The notes under the pieces were generated by a model. The model had not been told where the DNA came from and searched no databases. It saw only the letters and a program-made list of their open reading frames with translations. Positions 26,639-37,926 of a stretch of 64,000 nucleotides of DNA are shown here, piece by piece (position 1 is the stretch's first letter; each line of letters begins with the position of its first letter). Origin of the DNA: Acanthaster planci (taxonomy: Eukaryota); assembly GCF_001949145.1 (NCBI RefSeq), contig NW_019091358.1, positions 1,178,961 through 1,242,960 of the forward strand, given 5' to 3'. The translations under genes were made by a program, and so were the position numbers.

Positions 26639-29515
26639 GACTGGCACCCAGACCTCCGGAATTTCTCAGTTCAAATCAATATTGGATGAAATGTTCGCTG
26701 TGGTCATGTTTGGGAAGTCCATGTACAGCATGGTGCTGAAGTGTCTCCAGTCAGCTGCTGGTCATTTTCAAGCCAGATTTTGATGTGTATTATGTGAAAT
26801 ACCATACAGTCCACTAACTGCTGCAATAACAGAATGCTTAAATGATAATGGGGGAAAATGAATTGTCCTTTTGCACTTAAGCCATTTTCCAATACTCAAC
26901 TTTTTCTTCGTCTCGGGCTTCGTTCCCAAAACCAATCCCCGATTGTGGGCCTGAAGCGTTTAAATTACATTGGATTACTGTCATTTTTGGCTTTTTTGCA
27001 TCTTATTTGATGTTCTGTGGTACTATTAGACTGATTACTGCGCTTACAGCTTCAAAGTCAGCTAGTAAAGAAACATTTGAAGCCCAAGACGGAGCCAAAG
27101 TTGAGTATCGGAACATGGCCTCGGAGGAAAAAAAGTTTTGGGTCAATTTTGTGAAGTGCTGTGTGGTTCATTTCAACTTATATAATACCGGTACCATAGA
27201 TGACTCAACGTAGCTCAGTGGTAAGTTTCATGTTAGCACACTGTACATGTGCATTACAGTGAGTCTTTGGGTCAACCCAAGCCAGACCACGAACCCCGAG
27301 TTCGATGAGTTTGGTAAACTTTACCCAAGACCCGGTTATGACTTTCTTCATGGATCAAATTAGTTGCACGACTCGTTCAAGTTGGGCTCCGAAGGCTCAT
27401 TCCCCAAATGTTTTTAACTGTACACAAGCACCACAGAAACTCTAGCATCATCTCCTGGTGGTCGTAGAATGCAAACACTTGGTAAGCTGGGTTATTGTGA
27501 AATTGAGGCTATTCTGGGCATGCTGTTAAGCTTTGTCAGAGTGTATATTCCAGCCTAGTTCTGTTGGTCTGTATGCTGACATGGAAAGCCAATGGATTCA
27601 TTGTTTTATTTCACTAAATACTACATCAGTAAATTATGTACGATTTGAAGAAGTTACAAATGATCACATTTAAGTTTTGTACAATGCGTTTTTTAGTACT
27701 GAGGGTCCATCTTTTCTTTTCTTGTAGGAAGACCTGATACTGAAGACAATTGAAACCAGAAAGGTGTTAATACACATTCCGCCCCCCCGTAGGCAATGCC
27801 TCATCGCATGGCTTTAATTTGTGATCACAAAAATCATTTCTGTTAGGAAAACCATTGCTACTGGTTTTAACAATAGTGACCTTGACCTTTGCCCTCTTAG
27901 GACACACACAGAGGACAGATTAAATGCATGTGCCCTTTTGGTGTGGTTGGAAGGCCAGAATTATGGCCGCCGTGTCGTGCAGTTAAGCACACATTATTTG
28001 GAATTTTGGCCGCAGAGGCAAGTCATAAACAGAATCTGTATCATTTAACTCGTTCAATCATCTCTTGAAACAAGTTAGAGCTACACCAAATGTTGGACGT
28101 GCTTGTTGGTTTAAAATAGGGGCAATTCAGTACTTCTGGTTACTGAATTTATTCTCAATTTTTTTTACTTTAATTTAAATATTTCAGAACAAGCAGGCAG
28201 TGTGTTGAGTAGTGGAAACTGTTCTCTTCCATTTCAGAAGGTAGTATTTAATGTTGTTGGGAGAAAGTCAAAATCTTCAAGTGTACGACGAAATATATTG
28301 GTGGCAATTTGCTTTTATTAAGTGAGAACTTCAATATTAAAATTAATCAAATTTCCATTTATTGCATTCACTGTCCTTTTTTGTCTGAAGTTGATATCTT
28401 CCCTTTAAATCCCCCATGGCCTTACATTTGGATGCAGCAAAGGAACATCTTTTGTGACGTCATGAAAATTTGAGCGTTCAATGTAAACTACCATTTATAT
28501 ATTAGACTGGGCAAATTCTGCACACATACCACGTAGTTGGTACCATTAAGTGAGATTTTCTGATATTCTAGGTGCATCCACGTCCACTACAAACTGTTTT
28601 TCTACCTCCACTAATGTTTTTGTCAAACATCCATTCACAGTTCAAAAGGGTGACACAGCTTTAGGCAAGAAGTTTTAATGTATATAAAGATCACCTTTAC
28701 GCATGCAGCGTCGGTATTTTAGCAACTATCTCATTTAAAATAAAATTTCATTCCATATTTCTGATTTTTAAACTGCTCTTTAAATATACAGGCATTCTCA
28801 TTTGTACTCCATAAATTTAACATCAATTCATACAGATCAGGTCAGGAAAGACTTTTCCCAACTTTTTGGTTTAAAAAGCAACTCTTAGTTTTTGGGAGTA
28901 CAGATAAGTATTGTCAAAACTATCAATGATTAAAAGCATGAAAATTCCTGACGATAAAAGAAGAATCCCTTCCACTTCTACTCGGATTTGTACACTCAAG
29001 GAAGTTGTTAACCTGAACACTGAACGGGATTAAGCTTTCACAGTCAAGGAAAATTGTGTTCAGCAGTGTCGCCTATACAAGGATAGATTCAAAATCAAAT
29101 GTTGGGGAGCCAACACAGCTCCTTGCCCGCCCAGAGCTGTGTAGAGAGAGAGTAGTGCCAACTTTGAATTTAAGAGCCAAAATGGCTGCTCATTACGTTG
29201 CTGTACAACATACAGCATTTGTGTGCGCACTGTCCATTTGCACTGATGCATAATCCACCATTTTGGTTCCAACAACTGAAACACTCTCTTGGCAACTCTC
29301 TCTATAAACAGCTCTGCGCCTGCCAAGGGATGTGTAGAGAGAGAGCAGTGTCAGCCTCAGATTTTGGAAACAAATGGCTGTTCTTTATGAGCACAATGCG
29401 CACTGGTGCATACACGTTTCAGTTTGTTTCCAAAAAAGGTGACATTTGTGTCGTAGCTCTCTATTAACAGCTCTTTGCCTGCCTCCCGTCATCCATGGGG
29501 AGTGGGCGGCAATCA

Positions 29516-32500
29516 CTATTCCTTGAGGGGTAATGGGATGCCCATATCCTTGCAGACTTCCTGCACGCACCGCAAGAGGTGGCGCATGTCCCGAGGAAAG
29601 ACGTGCCCGATGTTGCCGATACGGAAGCAGTCTGTCTTGGTCACTTTGCCCGGGTAGATCACCTGATCTGTGTGAATCGTCGAGGAGAGAACAGGAGTCG
29701 CTGAAATCAGATACTGGTCACAGACGAAAGGTACCTGGACTACTGATGCCGCAGGATGGGAGTAAGAATGACTCTGAATGATGTGTCGATTGAGGGTGAT
29801 GTAGTAGTGAGTTTGAGGATTTCTGAAGGGTCTTACAAACAGGACGCTTGGTAATTGCAAAGCCATGCATGGAGCACATGGCATGGCCATGCGCCGTGTG
29901 AGTGCTTCATGGAAGTAATCTAACTTGGAGCTGTGCTATCTTCTCATGACTCATGAACGTTCCGTGGCTGTGCAACTGATTGAATATTTCAGACATGGCG
30001 GACGGGAACTAACACAACTCTGACGTCGGCAGGTTCTTCACGGTGATAAAGACTTCATCAACAAATTTTTTAATTAGCTTTGCTTGCCAGTTTGAAAATG
30101 TTTTCATCTTCTCATTACAATCAGGTATCAAATTTTAGATGTTCTCTCGTAGCTGACCAAGTATTTCTTTACTTGCATGAACAAAGCTGTGCATTTCTTG
30201 CATACACCTTGGTAAGTTAAAGATAAGCTTTACAGCAACCACAAATGACATCACAGCAACAGTGCCCTCCATTGTCTCGAAAAGCATAGACAATTTTAAA
30301 TGTTTGAAAAAGTGTACTTTTCGACACACTTATGCAAAAGGGGTGTCATATAGATTTTTCACGCATTGAAGAGATGTACATCGGTTGTGCAGAAAGTGTG
30401 TCGAAGAAACATTCATTGCATGGACCCTTTGAGACCACAGCAGGTTAAAGCTTGTTTTAATGTTTTGGGCAACAACCTCGCATCCCATTTGCAAAAACCT
30501 TTCCTTTTTTTTTTTTTACAAAAGACACGCACGTAACGTCAGATTTTGGCACACTCTTGATAGACGGCAAAGGATCTAGAAGCAATTGAAACAGGGAGGA
30601 AAAAAAGAGAAAATCTGTGGAGAGATTGAATGAAAGCAGTCTACATGACTTCTGACGATGGAGCACATGCATCTTTAAGGTTACACTCCAGGTGGTGTCC
30701 AAAACTGAAATTTAATAATGGTAAAAAAAGTTGTAATATTTGGTCTAGCCAATCACTGACAAAGCTGAACATTTTGTCCAGTTAACTCATTATTTATGTA
30801 TAATGGAAAAATCTCAATGAGAAAGTTTTGAAGTGTCCAAGAACTGCAGTGCAGTCCATACTGGAGCAACGTGGCAAATACTGAAGGGTTCTGAAGTACT
30901 ACAGATCAAGATATTTATACCAGAGTCAGTCAAACGTCAGTCACAAGTCTGCCCACAAGTCAAATCAAAGGTTGGTTGGATGTCTGCCCACAAGTCAAGT
31001 CAAATGTCGGTCAGAAGTCTGCCCACAAGTCAAGTCAAATGTCGGTCAGCAGTCTGCCCACAAATCAAGTCAAATGTCGGTCAGAAGTCTGTCAACAAGT
31101 CAAGTGTCAGTCAGAAATTTGCCCACACATCAAGTCAAATGTCAGTCTGAAGTCTGCCCACACGTCAAATCAAAGGTCAACTGGAAGTCTGCCAAAAAGT
31201 CAAGTCAAAGGTCGGTCAGAAGTCTGCCCACAAGTCAAGTCACAAGTTGGTTCACAAGCCAGGTCAGACCTAAAGGGAAATGAACAATGACAAAGGAATG
31301 ATTTTTGTCACAGCTGATTTCAATGGCCAGCCAGTTGAGTTGGGACAGAATGACATGTGGCCGACTTGTGGTGACTAGTAACTAACTCGATTACAACTCT
31401 GGTTAATACTCTGCACCGTCGGTTGGCTTGTGAAATAAAGTGACTCATAATTGCTCATACAGGATTCAAACCCCACTTTTTCAAATTTCATCCAAGCTAG
31501 CCTCAATGAAGTTGTATTCTCACAAGCTCTCAGCTTGGGCTTACTAATTATGTCAGTGAAGGGCGCACCCAAATATTAATTTATGTCTCCTTGATGCAAT
31601 CCATTAAAAGTTAAGAACCTCGTTATCCTGTCAGCTATGAAAAGCTGGTCTGATGTACCCATCTCTATCTTGTGACTGAAAAGAAGTCCAGCGTGGCTTG
31701 GATTTGACTGCCTGTGGAAATTGGAAACTCCGCAGGGTCCAAGAACACGGCCTTGAGTTCCCTGTGTCTGCCACTCACTAGGTCATCGTGCTTGCAGATT
31801 CAAGATGGCATCTCATTGCAAACTGCTCCTAAAACCCCTGCTGCAGGAGTGTTTCAGGGACAAAAGTGAGATGAACATGAAACAGAAGTAGAACTTGGAC
31901 AGGAAAAAGCCAGAAAATCTATTCCCCACAGATTCATGCTTTTATGAGTTCATCATAAAATTGGTGAACAGGCCATTATGATAATGAGTGTATTAGTTTG
32001 TTTACAGAGAAATTGGAATTATCTGCTGTTAGGGATGACTCAATGGGGTGTGCATATCTCCTCTGCATGACAGTGCACAATGGGTTGAAATGCTCTTAAG
32101 AGCGGGTAAAACCAACGAGGCCAAACTGTTGAAAAGGGCTTCCTGGTAATTGATATGCCAATTCGCTCCAAGTAAGATTTGAATTATCTCCCTGGAAAGG
32201 TAACTAAACTGAGTCAGGTCTCCTACACACAAGAATGCAGAACCCACTGACAACAGAAATGTCTCCTTGTCAGATGACACATTTCATTCGTGGTAACTAT
32301 GAAATGCAGGCAGGCCGTAACAACCGGTATCGCAGACGTTTATTCATAACTACATGAGAGCTGTGTAGCGTTGCAGATGAACTCACAACTATTCACAATC
32401 AGTGTGCTTATTCATAGGGATACTAAATCAGTTTTAGACAGCAGTTTGAGATCTGTACCATTTGTTCTTCAACGCCCTCACGTATCCATATTGTACTCCA

Positions 32501-35500
32501 TGCTGGGCATAGGTATTTGAAGTAAAACGTCTTGCCCAAGAGCACACCTACAAGTAACATATGATTCCAACCAGAGTTTAAATCACACCCCTTTAAGGGC
32601 TGGACCGTGGTATTCTACAATGCTGAATGTTTGAGCTTTAACATGCTTTAGTGAACATGGTCATGACTACAGGTTTGACTTGCGAGATCAAATTGACTGG
32701 GATTCAAAATATCGGTACAGTAAAACCTCAATAAGTAAAACGCGGCTAAGTTGAAAGTCCACTTGCTCAAAGTGATGCTTTGTTACCGCCGAAAGAATAG
32801 GCATTAGTGTACACAAATACTTCCGTAAGTCGAATTACCAAGGGCCAAAATCCCACTTAGGTCAAGTTTTTGTGACACTGGTCAAAAAAAGGGATACTAA
32901 ATAGTCTCAAAAAGTACAAACATTGGATCACGAAACCAGTGATCTGAGTCATCGCTGCAAAGCGCACGTTATCTTTTCACTCTCGATCCACTTGCATGGC
33001 ACGCATGCTGCATGGCTCACTTCATAAACCATGCCACACTGTAACTGCAACAGCTAGCCTAGCTAGCTGGACCGATCACTGCCTATTACAATGGTCACGG
33101 GACATCAGAAAGCGATTTCATAAGAAAAACCCATTTGAAAGCAAACTCAAATACTGCATGCAGCACACATCCTGTTGTAAACACGATCGGCGAAAAGACC
33201 AAAGATTTTCCACACGAAGGTACACCTTTAAAAACGTGATGAATTGTATATTTATTGGTAGAAACGAACTTCTAGGCATAACAATGAAAAATCTAATAGC
33301 AAAACGATTATTTATCAGCAAAAATGTTCCATGAGAACGAATAAAAAGCACAAAAAATAGCCACCAAAATGATGCTACTGTGAAGCGAGTTTGGAATGAC
33401 CATGTCTACATATGTGTATAGGCGTATTAGCTCCATGGCTGTGAGACTTTCTTTAACTCGAAGACCAGATAACTCAAATTTTTTACTCATTCCCTTGAAC
33501 TTCGAGTTATCAAGGTTTTACTGTACGATAAGACGAATCTCAAAGAGAGCCGGTCGAATTAAAACTGGTAATCACTGCTTGATTGTATGCTGGGGCAACC
33601 AGCTTTAGAGTACATTATCGAGGGCGCTGTTTAATAATTACATTTTATAATGAATACTGATCAAGGACGAAGGATGAGTTTTGCCTGTTAATTTGAGCAA
33701 AGGAAGTTGCCTCACAATTGCTCTTTCTATTGGGGCCTTTAAAGGACAAGGTAGAAACCAGTTATAAGGACTACCACTTACCTTTCTCTTGCAGTCTTGT
33801 GTAGAAATCTTTGAAGTTGAAATTTGGATGTTGCGGGTAGTGGAATGATGTTATGATGAAGCCTTCGTGGGTGTTATCCAACAGTGTCTTGAAGCCAAGA
33901 GCCTTCATTCCTTCACAGATGATGCGATTGTTCTCCTTGTATCTGGAAACAACAACATCAGGTCCATTTATGAATATCAAGTTAATTTGTCCACCTGTGT
34001 CTAAATACTTGAGGTCTTACATATTCATGTGCCCAATAAACCAAGCCTTGGTACAAGACTTGATTTTGCACTACGTCTTATATCAAGTACGACATCTTTG
34101 TAATTTCAGAAAGTGTAAGGACGGTGAGAAGGCTTTAACAACGGTTACAGGAAACATCATCCTTGCAATCTGAAGCTACCTGTACAAGAGCCTGTCAGCA
34201 TTTTATCAGAAAATGATTTCTGGGGTTATGCAAATTCTGTTGTCTGCAGAAATAGCATGCCAGTTGTCCTAACTTCACAAGGCTCTCTTGCATCTTGACA
34301 ATTTTCTTGCCAGCTGAATTTGAAGTTGAAGCTGAGATTGAGTTTGGGGTTTGGGCTCATGTATCATGTGTGGCCTTGTAAACGTCCGGTCCCTGACCTT
34401 GTTCTTCGTTGAGCCACACCGCCCTCCTCTTCCAACTCGGTCAGTGCCTGTTTGAAGGCTAGCATGGCGTGGGTGGGCGGAGTGAACCGGAACTGACCGG
34501 TTTGCTCCAGTGTCTCCCACTGACTCACCAAGTCCAGAGAGAGACTCCTCGACCAGCCTGAATATGACCAGGAAGACTGAATGTCAAGGGGTACCACAAA
34601 CACGTTCCAAGGTTCAAAACTTTAGAAGCGACTGCACCAACCCGCCTCCTCCCACTAATAAAAAAAAGGCAGGGACTTCTTCGTCCACCCTGAAATGACA
34701 GGCATGGTAAAAAAAACGAAAAAGGCTGTGAAAATAATCAGAGCCTCATTAACTTGCCTTTGCATGTGGGATTTTGAAACTGCATTTTGCACAACCTTTG
34801 GCCAGCTGGAAAATACCCACTATGTGGAACAGAAAGCTAACGCAATTTTTGGAAGCAAAGATGCCTTGCAGCGAAGTCTATCTCTCCTCATATCCCTTTG
34901 TCCACTTAAAACAGGTGTCTGCATTTAACTGGAGTTTCCACCAGTCGTCTACTGAAAAAAGAGGAACTATACAGTGAAAAGTTTATACTTCTTTTAGGTC
35001 ACCCCTAAAAATAATGTATCTTTACTGAAGGCTAAACTGTGCTGAATCTATTCTGTGTACACGCTTTCAGCCACTAACATCCTACTTTTCATCTTCTATA
35101 ATCCCTGTAAGTTTTGCTCTCACTTTTGCTTCAGGAATTTGCGCATATACCTGATAAAGCCTGCTAAGGTCATCCTCAGCCTTCCCTCCTGTCTTTTGTG
35201 AGGTGTGCCCATATTGCCACATGCCGCACATGATTTGTGAAAGAGGGTGACACCCCTTCCCCAATGAAAAGCAAGATTATTCACGCCTCTGCATCATCCC
35301 TCACAGACACTCAGTGGTCTGTCCAAGGTCTGTGATTTCATCAAGTCTGACGACAACCCACACAGCGTGGGCATGCCACCGTCGCGCCTCTGTACCTTTG
35401 CACTTGACCAGCTTGTCCTTTTTGCAGATGGCGTAGGAGAACCCCGGCACGCCCTCCAGGCACTTGTTGGCCGAGCTGACCAGGAAGTCAATATTGCTGG

Positions 35501-37926
35501 CTTTGATGTTGATGTCCTCTGCGCCGAAGCTGCTCATGGCATCAACGAAGTAGCTGGCATCTGCAACAAAAAAAGAAACAAGAAAACTACACGGTTCATC
35601 ACATCTAGTTCTATATCACGGGAGCTTCTTCATTAGACCATCAACTGGATACAAATTTTATTACACCAGACAGGGACGGGGGGAAAGGGAAAGGTGCAGC
35701 GAAGTGCAAGAGGTGCCAAAGAGGTGCAACCAACCTTTCCATGTTGAAGCAATGGAAGCAAGCTAATCCCGTTGAACAACGCCACTTTTGGGTCCCATGG
35801 TTGCTGGCAACAACGCTTTTGGAGGCCGTTTTACCTTGGGATAGCCGGCCTGTTGGATCTTAGTGTGCTTCGCAGGCAAGTGACATTTATAAATGATGCA
35901 AACTGATGCATCCGTCAAGGTTCCTGGACAACACACCCAGCAGGGTTAAAGCTATGAAAGGTTGAATGTTGGCACGGCTGTATGCTTGGTACTTTGATAC
36001 CTAGCAACAACATTTATTGTGACCAGAACATCCTGTGCACTGTCACTTGTTCGTGCGCACGTGGTAATTTTCATCGACAACCATCCAAATGATTGGTTCT
36101 CTTATAATGGGGGAGCAAGAGGAATCCAAGCATTGGCTTAGCCTTTATCCCATGTCATGGATGAGACCCTACCCCCCAACCCACCTGTGGTGTGTACCAC
36201 GACATACCTGGCGCGTATTCCTTCACCAGTTGTCCGATCTCTCCGATGGGGTTGATGACCCCCGAGCTGGTCTCGCAGTGTACCACGGCCACATTGGTCC
36301 AGGGCTGCCCTCGCAAGACCTCTTCCACGGAATGACCGTCTACCTTCTCGCTCTCCAGGAAGGTCAAGATCTTGTAGTCCACGCCCAGCACCTTGAGGAT
36401 CTGGCCCATGCGTCGACCGTAGGCACCATTCTCCAGCAGAAGGACCTGGAGTTGTGGACACAGGCAACGCAGTGGGAAAAGAACCAAAGGCCATAAACTT
36501 TAAAAACCGATTGGTTCAGAGCATGCAAACTCAATTGTACCTTACTTACAATCTTGAGCTGATCTTTGCTAACCTGTAGCTCTTTTTAAAGATGTTGCCA
36601 TTGTAGTACAATAAACACTACACAGTCCCGTATCATTTTTATGAAAGGTGCTACTCTGATTTTGTATAAAAATTGCAATGAAGTTCTGTTGGTCCTAACA
36701 CTGGTGTGCTCCTGGAATTCCAAAAAAAATTTGACATCTCTGAACCACCAGCCTCATCCATTACAACAGTCCCTTGAAATGGGGCAAAGGAGTGGCCCAG
36801 TGGATGATGCTGGTTGTGTATACGGCTGATCTCAATAAAATTTTGAATACAAATATTCTTCATTAAAATTCTCCTTCAAACATCAATGAGTGCATTTTTT
36901 TCACAAAAGAGAGACAAGATGTTGTAGTGAGATGCAAATTCCTGAGTAAGTACTGTTGTGATATCTTTTATACAGAAGTGCCCTTCCGACGCCGATCTCC
37001 CAATCTGTGAAAGTCTTTGAAACGGGGCAGGTGAACGCTTCTTACAAAGTAAAAACTGACTTCTTCGGTCAAAACTTTCCAGCTAGAGGACTGTACAAAA
37101 GGGAAGAATCAGACAATGAGATGGTAAAATAAATGCTGAAGCAAAATGAAGAGATGATAGGAGGTCACTTTCACTGGACAAACCAACCTTTGCATTCATT
37201 CTTGGGATTGTAGAAGACAGAACTGCCTCTATGGCAAATGTGCCGCTACCTTGTACGGGAACACAGGTGTAGTCATCAGAAGAGACACCTGCCGAGGAAA
37301 CAAATCGCTAATTGACGGCAAACGCCCATCTTCCACATCTTGTATATGTGTTGTTATCGACTCGCTACAAGGACTTGATTTTTCTAGTGAAAAAAATACA
37401 AGTAAATAGGTAACCATAGAGTGATTAATTATTTTCTGGGGCCACATTTTTTCGAGGAGGCCCCTTAAAGGAGGGATTTGTTAATGTGACTTTCACAGCC
37501 TTTCTCAGGGGTTAGGCTGAATGTGAGGGCTTTTTACATGCTTTAGGGGAAAGGAAACGAAAAGTCCAAAAAAACTGTCCATCATTATGTTTCAAAAACA
37601 AAAAGACTTCCCCTTTTGGGGCAATGGCCCATCAGCCCCGCCTCCCCAATACAGTAATGAAGAATACATTGCGACAGTATGCATTTGCATCAAGGAAGGC
37701 ACTTTGAAACTTAACATGGCTGATATCCTAGATATACGCTTTGCCATTTGTTTTTTCTTTTTCGTGAGGGTAAGTTCTTACCGGCTAACTCAACCAGTCG
37801 CGACCGGATCGACTTCACCACCTCCATGAACTCCAAATCCCGGGAGCCCAGGTCCACCAGCATGGCTTGCTTGGTGCTCAGACTGACTCCCAGGGGGCCT
37901 GGCGTGAACAGCTTCTTCTCTCGCAT
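29516..37926 (-). CDS. phnW: 2-aminoethylphosphonate:pyruvate transaminase (PhnW/AEPT family, PLP-dependent class V aminotransferase), 7 exons, 373 aa
   Basis: Minus-strand exons 37926-37782, 37288-37188, 36445-36208, 35560-35396, 34557-34398, 33942-33782, 29667-29516 (1122 nt, phases consistent, GT-AG). Motifs: [64 protein letters not shown] (PLP lysine), [30 protein letters not shown], all typical of PhnW. Confidence 0.92.
30921..31400. repeat. MITE with internal tandem array of about 36 bp
   Basis: About 8-9 degenerate units of caagtcaagtcaaatgtcggtcagaagtctgccca (30940-31245); right end actcgattacaactctgg; family core gacaaaggaatgatttttgtcacag. Confidence 0.75.
32716..33525. mobile_element. 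Tc1/mariner (pogo/Tigger-like) non-autonomous element with TA flanks
   Basis: TA-CAGTAAAACCTCAATAAG ... GTTATCAAGGTTTTACTG-TA inverted termini; no transposase ORF. Confidence 0.65.

Larger units (their letters stand above)
24534..27529 (+). repeat. Direct duplication of about 1.2-1.35 kb (24534-25740 vs 26171-27529), each copy starting right after a gap
   Basis: Near-identical blocks from agaactgacaccttagatttg to catgctgttaa, differing by SNPs and indels. Confidence 0.88.

Noticed and set aside
29120..29430. Degenerate direct repeat (tgtagagagagag...aaatggctg) in the AEPT 3' region
   Set aside because: Old local duplication with no recognisable RNA motif.
30833..31290. Three overlapping ORFs of about 104 aa with Cys/His repeats
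   Set aside because: Artefact of the 36-bp tandem array; no splice signals or domain similarity.
29516..37926. Bacterial contamination or very recent horizontal transfer of phnW
   Set aside because: Six spliceosomal introns containing host repeats, and contiguous with animal genes.
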